Positions 1 through 8,124 of a DNA stretch of 23,084 bases are shown here, in pieces (position 1 is the stretch's first letter; the number at the start of each line of letters is the position of its first letter). The position numbers and the translations under genes were made by a program. This stretch comes from Macrostomum lignano (lineage: Eukaryota). The stretch spans positions 1-23,084 of the forward strand of contig NIVC01002726.1 in the NCBI GenBank assembly GCA_002269645.1. The letters run 5' to 3'. The notes beneath the pieces were generated by a model. That model saw only the letters and a list, made by a program, of their open reading frames with translations. It searched no databases and had not been told where the DNA came from.

Positions 1-525
1 ATGAAACTCTTGTACACTGACACAGACAGTTTTATTATGGACATTTCAAACAGAAGACATTTATCAGGACATGCTGCAGCAAAAAGATTTGTTTGACTTG
101 TCTGAGTGATGATGAATCTTTCAGGACACAGAATGGCGATCAAGTGTTTGACGCCACTAACAAGAAAGTGATTGGGAAAATGAAGGACGAGATTGCTGGT
201 GACATAATCACTGAATTCATTGGTTGAGAGCAAAGTCCTATTTTGTAAAATGTGAGTCGTCAGACCCAATTAAAAAATCAAAGGGAATTCCAAAACGCGT
301 GGTTAGGAAGGAAATTAATGAAGCTGAATACAGAGACGCCTTGAATTGCAACAAAAAGACATCACATGAGTTCTCAAAGCTACAATCCAAAAACCATATT
401 ATTCACACAATTCAGCAAAAAAAGATTGGACTGTCAGGTGCAGATAATAAAGATTCATTTTTGATGACAATATTAACAGTCTACCGTTCGGGCACTGGAG
501 ATTAGGTTTAGGAGATTGGGTTTAG
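1..525 (+). pseudogene. polB: Protein-primed family B DNA polymerase, C-terminal part, 4 frameshifts as given (5' end outside the window)
   Basis: Frame-corrected reading: MKLLYTDTDSFIMD/IQTEDIYQDM...FDLSE/DDESF...NKKVIGKMKDEIAGDIITEFIG/LRAKSY...KGIPKRVVRKEI...KKIGLSGADNK/RFIFDDNINSLPFGHWR, stop 523-525. Contains the catalytic YxDTDS motif and the GKMKDE, LRxKSY and KG motifs. Shifts near 46, 107, 222 and 447. Confidence 0.93.
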
Positions 526-578
526 GAGGTTGAGATTAGGTTTAGGTTTAAGAGAAAGTTTAATAAACCTCATAAAAA

Positions 579-979
579 ATGACAAAAAATAACTTTCTTG
601 AAGATTTGGCTAACGAACTGGAAATCCCAAACTTAGAGGAATATTTATGAGGGACACTCTGCCTGATTTTCCTCTAAGAAAAGGAATGCGGCATCATGAA
701 TTTTGACACCACCGATAAGCCAGGATCTCATTGGGTTTGCTGGGTGATTGATCCGATCGCAAGCACAAGTGTTATTACTTCGATAGCTATGGACGGCAGT
801 ACCAGAAGAGCTAAGAAATTATATGAAGGGAAAAAATAATAAAAAAATTTATCGCTCAGACTTTATTCTCCAAGGTCTTAGCAGTGATATTTTGCGGTGA
901 GCTGTGCATGACTGTTTTGTATGCAATGACCAAAACACGAAAGACCTACAAGGAAATTATTCTTGGCTGTGTTTCATAA
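579..979 (+). pseudogene. Adenain/Ulp1-like cysteine maturation protease, about 133 aa after correcting 5 frameshifts; not in the ORF track
   Basis: Corrected reading: MTKNNFLEDLANELEIPN/RGIFMRDTLPDFPLR/ECGIMNFDTTDKPGSHWVCW.../KCYYFDSYG/AVPEELRNYM...FILQGLSSDI/CGELCMTVLYAM...CVS*. Catalytic H (GSHW), D (FDSYG), Q and C (CG) are in the expected order. Shifts near 633, 680, 762, 794 and 892. Confidence 0.9.
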
Positions 980-1688
980 GGGTTCATTGTGAATTTCTTT
1001 GCCGACTTTCTTTCCACATAATGTTGAAGAACTTTCTCGAGTTCATTTCTCAGCTGACTCATGTCATCAGTTACCGACCATGTTCAAGTTCATTCGAATT
1101 GTTTGTTCATAAAGATCCTGAATGGTTTTGAACTCATCCTCTGAAATGAACTTATCCTCGATTGCCCTTGAAATGTACCCTATGATTGAAGTGTGCACCC
1201 CTTTCTCTTTTACTTGCTTCTCCTGTAGCTGCTTTAGTTTTTTCGCCTGTTTCGCCTAATGCTCCAGTAATTGCTGAAATAAGTCCACATGCAGCACCCA
1301 CAGAGCCGAGTGGGATTGCGATTGGGGCTGTGATGACTGGCAACGTTGAGACAGCCGCAGCAGATCCAGATAGAACAGACACAGATCCTAGAATCATATT
1401 GCTGTAGTCGAAAAATTTACAGTGGCTGTTATAGCGCTTAATTTTCTTTGTGTTGTGGAAAATATTTTTTTCAAGATCATCTCGCATTTTTTTAATCTCC
1501 ACCAGTCGAAACTGTTGAGAGTTACAAGTAATGACGGGGTAGAGTTTTTGTTGCTCATATTGAGGTGCATTCAGATTCGGTGCATTCAGGCTTTGTGTGT
1601 TCGAATTCGGTGCCATTGGGTTTGGTGCTGTCGGTATTTTAGGTTCAGCGTATTGAGACTGATCGTATAGAGAATTTTGTTGGGCCAT
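946..1688 (-). CDS. Viral membrane-hairpin protein, about 246 aa after correcting 2 frameshifts, with PTAP and LYPVI motifs
   Basis: ATG at 1688 preceded by an A-run. Hydrophobic hairpin MILGSVSVLSGSAAAV...PLGSVGAACGLISAITGAL. After a shift near 1255 it continues KQAKKLKQLQEKQVKEKGVHTSIIGYISRAIEDKFISEDEFKTIQDLY, and after a shift near 1078 SVTDDMSQLRNELEKVLQHY...PRIISL*. Confidence 0.7.
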
Positions 1689-1779
1689 TTTTTTCTCTAG
1701 AAAAAATAAAAAAAATATAAAACTATCCGGTTTGAAGATCTGTTTTCTTTTTGATAATTCCATCTGCACCGCCGGTTGT

Positions 1780-2589
1780 CTAGGCGGCTCTCGTGACGCC
1801 GGAGGATCGCGAGTCCAGCAGGCAGCGGCTGGGCGGCTGACGTTTGAGAGCGTGCCGGATTACTCCGGCGGGGTCCAGAGCTCCTTCTACTCGATCTGTA
1901 GACATGACCGGACGAGCAGTAGATTCTGCTTCATCAATAGCAATATCACGAAGATTGAGTGTTCTCTCCAGACGATCAAGCCTCCTTATTATTTTACCCC
2001 AAGAGCTATACATTCCGTTTAGATAGCTACTGTGTGATACATCCTTTCTCTTTAATGCTTCAAGTCTTTCTTTGATTCGATCATGCAACGCTGTTGACTG
2101 GTTCATGAACTCTTCTAAATTATTTACTTTACCTGTGTTGGTTGCGACGTTTTCTTTAATTCTATCATGCAACGCTGTTGACTGGTTCATGAACTCTTCT
2201 AAATTATTTACTTTAGCTGTGTTTGTGAAAACTCCTCCTTCAAGAATACGCATCCGTCTATCAGTGGAATTTCCCAGAAGATTAACTGTCGATCTTAAGC
2301 CGTTGATTAGCGAGACTATCGAAGTTATTTCTGACCTTAGTTCATTAGTTGCGTTTAACAACGGCACATAAAGCTTATCACTTTCAAACTTCTGCCTAGC
2401 TACTTTAAGCCTGAGATCTTCCATGTTTATTTGCAACTGGTGCATGGAGCGCTCTAGGGCTTTCAGTCTGTTTTTATTCAGTTTGATCTCTGGGATCTCT
2501 TCATCAGTGTTAATGTAGCGCTTGTCAAGGAAGGAAGTTGTGAGAGTGCTGTTGCCTGTAGTTGACTCACCAGCAAAATTAATAGACAT
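1780..2589 (-). CDS. Coiled-coil viral protein (269 aa), possibly a fibre or spike, with an internal 28-aa duplication
   Basis: Intact ORF with A-run ATG context, heptad-rich middle and two copies of TNT(A/G)KVNNLEEFMNQSTALHDRIKE. Function is inferred only; the GC-rich C-terminal ~40 aa may be out of frame. Confidence 0.7.
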   Translation of the reverse strand: MSINFAGESTTGNSTLTTSFLDKRYINTDEEIPEIKLNKNRLKALERSMHQLQINMEDLRLKVARQKFESDKLYVPLLNATNELRSEITSIVSLINGLRSTVNLLGNSTDRRMRILEGGVFTNTAKVNNLEEFMNQSTALHDRIKENVATNTGKVNNLEEFMNQSTALHDRIKERLEALKRKDVSHSSYLNGMYSSWGKIIRRLDRLERTLNLRDIAIDEAESTARPVMSTDRVEGALDPAGVIRHALKRQPPSRCLLDSRSSGVTRAA

Positions 2590-2605
2590 TTTTTTAAATG
2601 AAAAA

Positions 2606-3406
2606 TTAAAGTAAAATTCTTTTCTCCTTATTAATCATGACAAACTGATAGGGTTGGTTCCACTTTTCATAGCATATGTTAACAAATTCCTCCTGTGATA
2701 TTGTTCTGTTAGAGTTCTTAGCTGGATATGTAATGTGAGCTGGGGCAATGACCTCATTATAAAATCGTTTCAGTCGATCCTGTGGTATGGTTGGGAAAAG
2801 GAGAATCAAATTACAGTTACCTCTAATTGTTTTATTTGGCAGTTCAAACCAGTTTTGGGCAATGTAAATAACATTGCAATTATTATGTCTACCCCGGGTG
2901 AAATAATTTTCTATCTGTTTCTGGGGACCGGTCATGCAGTCATCGAAGACAATCAGGTGCTTTCTCCCCTTTTCTAGTTCATCAGGTTGAGGTAAGAGTT
3001 TAGTTTTAGGATCTATCTGTGGATCTCCATAAGTGAAAACTTTAATGTTTTGCCATTTTTCATTGTCTGGGATGTGCTTTGCGTATTCAGTGGCTACAAC
3101 TTCCGGGTTGCTGTTGAGGTCTTTTTGATGTCTAAAACATTGAATAATATCTTCCTTGTTGAGTTTGTTCTGTAGGCCCGCTACTAGCATTTTATACTCA
3201 TCTTGATACAGAGTGGGTGAATAGATATGTAGTGTGTCATAATCGAGGAATCCAGGTCTGAGGAGCATGTTAAAAACTCTGAAGGTTTTCCCTGACCCAG
3301 ATGAGCCAACAACAATGCATCGGAAGTGCCCTGGAATTATCTCGTTGTGAGCAAATTTTATCTGATTGCGTGTCCAGTGGGGATGAAAGTCGTTTGTGAA
3401 GTCCAT
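2606..3406 (-). CDS. A32/FtsK-HerA-type DNA packaging ATPase (266 aa)
   Basis: Walker A GSSGSGKT, Walker B LIVFDD, and TRGRHNNCNVIYIAQ (Arg finger plus conserved Gln) followed by IRGN. ORF intact. Confidence 0.95.
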   Translation of the reverse strand: MDFTNDFHPHWTRNQIKFAHNEIIPGHFRCIVVGSSGSGKTFRVFNMLLRPGFLDYDTLHIYSPTLYQDEYKMLVAGLQNKLNKEDIIQCFRHQKDLNSNPEVVATEYAKHIPDNEKWQNIKVFTYGDPQIDPKTKLLPQPDELEKGRKHLIVFDDCMTGPQKQIENYFTRGRHNNCNVIYIAQNWFELPNKTIRGNCNLILLFPTIPQDRLKRFYNEVIAPAHITYPAKNSNRTISQEEFVNICYEKWNQPYQFVMINKEKRILL

Positions 3407-3560
3407 TTTTTATGTAAAAAAACTTTTTCTTTTTAAACTTGTGTATTTAAGACGCGTGTGTCTTTTTTCGGGATGTGTATGTGTGTGTCTTTTTTCGACT
3501 AGTCCTACATCCGACTAGTCCTACACCCTCACACCTCTTTTACCGTCAGGGTGCACCAAA

Positions 3561-3939
3561 TTAGTCAAATTTAAAACCGCCTCCTTTCTTATATTCAGCT
3601 CTCATCTTTGCGTAGATGGCTGGATCGACACTATCTGCACTCGGTGCAAGGGGTTGAATATCTGGTATTGATTTCCGGGTTTCATGAACCGTATCTTTAA
3701 TCTTTTTGGCTGCTGTGACTACACTGCCGGCCGCTTCGGCAACGTTCTTGATGTTCTCTTTGTTCTCTCCAATGACCTTAAAAATCTTGGCCCCCTGAGC
3801 GATCAAATCGGCAGGGCCATTCCCAGAGCGTTCTTTTCTTGGATAGTGGCCTGCAGGGAAAAGTCCAGATCCGCGTTTAATGAGATTAAGTTCCTCTTTG
3901 TCATAGTATTTGTCAATGTCTTTTTCGAAAATAAGGCAT
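3561..3939 (-). CDS. Small virion core or membrane-lytic (protein VI-like) precursor, about 125 aa after one frameshift correction
   Basis: AAAAATG at 3939 (MPYF). After a shift near 3925 it reads DIDKYYDKEELNLIKRGSGLFPAGHYPRKERSGNGPADLIAQGAKIFKVIGENKENIKNVAEAAGSVVTAAKKIKD...KKGGGFKFD*, joining the 81-aa ORF of the track. Confidence 0.65.
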
Positions 3940-3955
3940 TTTTACTTGAAATAAA

Positions 3956-5169
3956 TTATTTTTTGTTGAACCGCGAAAGCAGAAGCTCTCTCGCCCTCTT
4001 ATCGATGTATTTTCTCTCAAGCATTTTATTGAGGATGTGAACGAACTCTTTTCTATTCTATCTTTCATTCCGGTCTTTGCCGCTCCTAGAAGAACCGCTA
4101 CTCGCTTGTAGAATTCAGGCATGCCTTTTCCGGAAGAGCTTGGTGGTGATTCGAATGATTGGTCAGAGAAGGATGTTCCTGGTGAGGGTTGCTGTAGCCT
4201 AGGTGTGAATACTCTGTCATTGATTCGCTTCATTCGTTCTGGGGAGAACTGTTCTAATTGTCGCCATTCATCTGGGCGCTGGTTTCTGTACTGGGAAATC
4301 TCATTTGGCCCTGCTTTTTCAAGCGCTTCTAGTACTTGTTCGGGTGTGATTTGTTGCTGTGGCGGTGGAGGTTGTTGTGGTTGTGGTTGCTGCTGTTGTG
4401 GTTGTTGTAGTTGTTGTTTTGGTTGCTGCTGTTGTGGTTGCTGCTGTTGTGGTTGTGGTTGTTGTGGTGGTTGTTGTGTTGGTTGTCTTATGACCTCTTC
4501 TTGATCCGGCAAACCAAACCATTGTTTAAAGTATTTGTATTTTTTAAAATTGTTCAAGACAATCCCTTTTTCATGTAAAATTTTCAAAACACCGTTGTTC
4601 TTGAGCATATCTATGTCCCTATCGAGAGCAAAGGTAACAAGATCTTTGTAATTTTTTAGCTGCTTCTCGGATCTTTTTTTCTGATTTTTAGTCATGTAAT
4701 CAAGTAAAGTTTGAGTGAAGGGGATTCGTTTAGTTTCTGCGCCTTTATTGATTGAAATAGTTTCCTTTGTCACTTCAATGTTGTAATCCGCCGGTTCCCC
4801 GGTAATATTTTTTCGCCAGGCACTAATTCCAAAAATATATTTTCCATCATCCAATACGGGGCCAAAAAAGTTATCCTTCACATTCATCTGCACTGGTTGT
4901 CCTGGTTGCTGAGCCTGTGGTTGTCCCGGTGAAGATGGGATTTTACCCAATGTGTTTTGCAAGTGGCTCTCTTGAATATCATCAACTGCTTCCTTCACAG
5001 TGTCGAGGTTTTTCTTCGCTTCTGTGTATCCGGGTTTGTGAAATTCGGTGGCTGCTTGGACGAATTCATTGTAAGATTGTTGTTCTTTGTTGATTAGCCC
5101 TGTAACTCTCTTTTCTGCCTGCGCCAGCTTTTCTAGTTCAGAGATATGATATGAACTTTTCCGCTTCAT
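3956..5169 (-). CDS. Polinton-associated protein with a polyQ/P tract; true C-terminus in another frame
   Basis: Long ORF with DNFFGPVLDDGKYIFG and a C-terminal GKGMPEFYKRVAVLLGAAKTG. Adding one A near 4050 gives EKEFVHILNKMLERKYIDKRARELLLSRFNKK* (stop 3956-3958), which leaves the next gene's start free. Confidence 0.75.
4352..4486 (-). repeat. Imperfect CAA/CAG/CCA trinucleotide tract encoding QQPPQQPQPQQQQPQQQQPKQQLQQPQQQQPQPQQPPPPQQQ
   Basis: Directly visible (gtt/gct/ggt)n run on the plus strand. Confidence 0.95.
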
Positions 5170-5197
5170 TTTTAAATATTTTTTCTTTTGTTGAAAA

Positions 5198-6489
5198 ATG
5201 AACGATCCCCTGACACCGGTTTTCTACAAAATTAACAAGCCTATTTTGAGTGATGATAGCACAATCAAAGCGACTCAGGTAAGAGTTCCCAGTCAGGAAA
5301 ATCAGAATGAAACTAATTTGGGTCCAGGTCAAACACTGACATTTACATACAATGGATGTTCGTCTTTGGTTAGTGTGCACAGTCTAAGGAGCGGCTTCTA
5401 TATGACGTATCAATTCAAAACTAAAGGAGGCGCAGACGCCGCTCATGCAAATGATGATCTACACAATGCGGATGTCGCACTAACCAGTAATTTCTGGGCT
5501 TATATGTTCAAAGAGTTTAATGTGTCCAATGGAAGTACAGAATTGGAAAGAATAGCAAACTTTGGTGTGGTCTATGATACCCAGTGCTTGATTGAGAACC
5601 CGGATTTTATTCAGATGGGGAGCGGTGCTGGATTCATCCCCAATGAACAGACAGGAGATGAGAATGACCCTGGTTACAAAAAGAGAAAGGAGAGATACAA
5701 CTATGCTCTTGTTGGTGAGAACGATGCTGCTAAGAATCCGCTGTTTAGGTCTGTAGATATTTTTGTACCTTTGAGGTTTATGAGTGGTCTCTGTAATAGT
5801 TTCAATCGGTTGACAAGCAACTTTAGCTACACATTTAGACTGACTAGAGATGATCGGAACAGAGGAATTTGGTCGGGGGCCAATCATACATCGATGGAGA
5901 TTAAGCCAACTAGCGTGGAGCTGTACTTAGAAATTATTGAGCCCAAGACTGCACTCAAAGCTGAATACTTGAAGGCGATTGAGAAAGACATTGATGTTGC
6001 TACAGCTTATATGTGCAGAGATGAGCGGAATGACGCAAGACACAATATTTGCATTAAAGAAGGCTCCTGTAGCAATCCAAGGTACATTATTGTCACTATG
6101 AGGAATACAACTAATGTAGGTAGATATCTACATGGAAACATTCGATCGATTCAACATGAGATCAGTGACAATTTATACCCTGCATTGCCACAAAATGGGA
6201 ATTTCTCGGAGAACAAGATTAGTAAGTTTTACAATGAACTGTCGGACTTGGCTGTCAAAGAGAATAACGGTATTGTTTTGACAACCTTGCAGTATAAAAA
6301 CTATATCCAATATTTGGTGTTGATGTGACTGCTAGACAAATGCCTACAGACAATAGCCCTGTTAACATTGTGACTAATATCGAGTGGAAAGAATTTGGTG
6401 CCGCAACGGCTGTTGATCTGTTTATTATCTATGCATTTGAGAGGAAAATCAAGGTTAATATGATCAATAACTCGTCTAGTAAAGTTTGA
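5198..6489 (+). CDS. Major capsid protein (double jelly-roll, Polinton PY type), about 430 aa after one frameshift correction
   Basis: 376-aa ORF with a beta-rich pattern (IFVPLRFMSG, FRLTR, PTSVELYL, NPRYIIV, LYPALP). Adding one A in the run at 6296-6300 extends it YKKLYPIFGVDVTARQ...DLFIIYAFERKIKV...SKV* (stop 6487-6489). Directly upstream of the minor capsid gene. Confidence 0.85.
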
Positions 6490-6511
6490 ATAATTTTTTT
6501 CAATAAAAAAA

Positions 6512-7369
6512 ATGGAAGCCATAGCCGAAAGACTAAACAACATTGTTTCACACTCTAAGGAGAGCATTCCAATCACTGTAGCGGGTCGCATTACTGAGTC
6601 AAACGGAATCTTCATTCAAAAATTGGAGCAACCACTTCGTTTGGATCCCGAGGCGAATTACCACGTCTATCTCAATGATTTCACTGGGTGGTCAAATGTT
6701 CCCAATGTGACAGCGGAAAATAACAAGTTTTATTACAAATGGAAGCGTACTACAACAGAGGTTGTGATATTTCCTGTCAGCACACAGAGCGTGGATACTT
6801 ATAATTACTTCTTGGAGAAAGTCTTCACTAAACGAAAGCATTTTGAGATACCGGATGAAAGCAAACCAGAAAATAAACTGTTCCCTGTTAGATTAACTTA
6901 TGATCTAACTGTCATGAGAGTTATCTTGCAAGTTCATAAGGACGCAGAGGTAGAGTTTAAAGATGGCACTTGGTATCGCGAGTTGGGATTTGAAAAGAGA
7001 GTTTATGGTGGCGCCACAGACCAAAGCCCGCTGCAGGCGCCTGGCACTGTTGCTGTGTCCCGGCTAATATCCGGTATGTACTTGGCGCCAAATATCGCTG
7101 ACATTGTCAAAGGTTTGAATATATTAATTCGTAGCAATCTGAGCCATGATTGGATATTCAAAGGCAAACGAACCAACATACTTTTTAACATTTCAAACTC
7201 TGTTGCTGGTGGCAAAATGCTTGTGCAAAAGCCGAACCCCGTGAAAAGAGTGATTCTGAGTAATAGAGAGATACATGAAATCGTTCTGCAGTTTGAAACA
7301 GAGGATGGAGTTGGTGTCGATTTTAACGGGGAAGAGTTTGTGCTAACAATTGTTATAGAGAGAATGTGA
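6512..7369 (+). CDS. Minor capsid protein (penton, single jelly-roll), 285 aa
   Basis: N-terminal LEQPLRLD...YHVYL...WSNVPNVTAENNKFYY and C-terminal ILIRSNL...KGKRTNILF...P...IHEIVLQFETEDGVGVDFNGEEFVLTIVI patterns typical of Polinton minor capsid proteins. Intact ORF. Confidence 0.87.
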   Translation: MEAIAERLNNIVSHSKESIPITVAGRITESNGIFIQKLEQPLRLDPEANYHVYLNDFTGWSNVPNVTAENNKFYYKWKRTTTEVVIFPVSTQSVDTYNYFLEKVFTKRKHFEIPDESKPENKLFPVRLTYDLTVMRVILQVHKDAEVEFKDGTWYRELGFEKRVYGGATDQSPLQAPGTVAVSRLISGMYLAPNIADIVKGLNILIRSNLSHDWIFKGKRTNILFNISNSVAGGKMLVQKPNPVKRVILSNREIHEIVLQFETEDGVGVDFNGEEFVLTIVIERM

Positions 7370-7430
7370 GTCGTCTTCAGATTTATAAAATTACGATATA
7401 AACCGCTAGGTACAACCTTGTAGTTGCCAA

Positions 7431-7670
7431 CTACAACTGCCTTATAACTTCTGCAAAGTTATAGTAGCTGTCGTAATCTTTTACGTAGGTTACTCCATAC
7501 TTATGAAACCAGTGTCTTTGGAGAGCTAGATTAATATTAGGGACATTGATATCAATGCCGGGCCAATATTTTCTCATGTACTCGCTGCATTCTAGTTTGC
7601 ATTGGTATTTGGATTTGTACAATGGATTAGGCTGAGTATAATAAGAACCTGGAGAGACAACTGGAAACAT
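7431..7670 (-). CDS. Small Tyr-rich viral ORF of unknown function (79 aa)
   Basis: Shares the TTTT-N4-AAAAATG start context of the other viral genes and is convergent with the minor capsid gene. Confidence 0.5.
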   Translation of the reverse strand: MFPVVSPGSYYTQPNPLYKSKYQCKLECSEYMRKYWPGIDINVPNINLALQRHWFHKYGVTYVKDYDSYYNFAEVIRQL

Positions 7671-7699
7671 TTTTAGAGAAAATTTAGATTTTTTTCAAA

Positions 7700-8124
7700 G
7701 GGTGAGCACCCTGCGCTGAGGGTTTAAAGTCTTTGGGATCTGGTTTCGCTTTGCAAATTGAATGTGGGGAGAAGAATGCAGATTATTTTCTGATTGTTTC
7801 GAACATGCTATGGGTGGATGTCAGTGGATTATGTAGGACACTTGTTATGCTCTGATAATATAGATGTATTTTGGGGGATAGGTTAGGAGGATTATGGATG
7901 ACGTTTTCGGAGCTGCTATGCTCAGAATAACAGTAGGACACCGGTTGTGCTCTGATTCTGTCGGGGATAATACGGATGGATTTAATGGGATTATGTTCGA
8001 AGTTTTCGGAGCAAGGGCGACCCCCCTTTTTTTCTGATTCTGTCGGGGATAATATGGATGGATTTAATGGGATTATGGAGGACGTGAAAAATTTTGCACC
8101 AGAAGCCCCCTCATGCATTCTACT
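7700..8124. repeat. Probable right terminal inverted repeat region of the Polinton, with a 45-bp subterminal direct repeat
   Basis: Non-coding. 7951-7995 and 8033-8077 are 44/45 identical. Inward-reading end is AGTAGAATGCATGAGGGGGCTTC. The partner TIR is not in the window, so the inner limit is unknown. Confidence 0.55.

Larger units (their letters stand above)
1..8124. mobile_element. Polinton/Maverick-type (adintovirus-like) endogenous virus, right-hand portion; left part outside the window
   Basis: Densely packed cluster of pPolB C-terminus, adenain-like protease, packaging ATPase, major and minor capsid genes with 16-61 bp gaps between several of them. Ends in repeat-rich non-coding DNA terminating in CTACT at 8120-8124 (AGTAG read inward on the minus strand). 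No integrase is seen in the window. Confidence 0.93.

Noticed and set aside
3913-4050. C-terminus of the 418-aa ORF as annotated (SSFTSSIKC...MPYFRKRH)
   Set aside because: It is better explained by a one-base loss near 4050; the annotated tail runs into the next gene's start.
904-7215. Antisense or overlapping ORFs in the track (904, 1186, 1422, 1732, 1844, 2072, 2735, 3684, 4121, 4319, 5138, 5480, 6301, 7003)
   Set aside because: They are shadows of motif-supported genes on the other strand or frame, lack the A-run start context and show no recognisable domains. The Cys-rich and Thr-rich ones are alternate readings of the polyQ tract.
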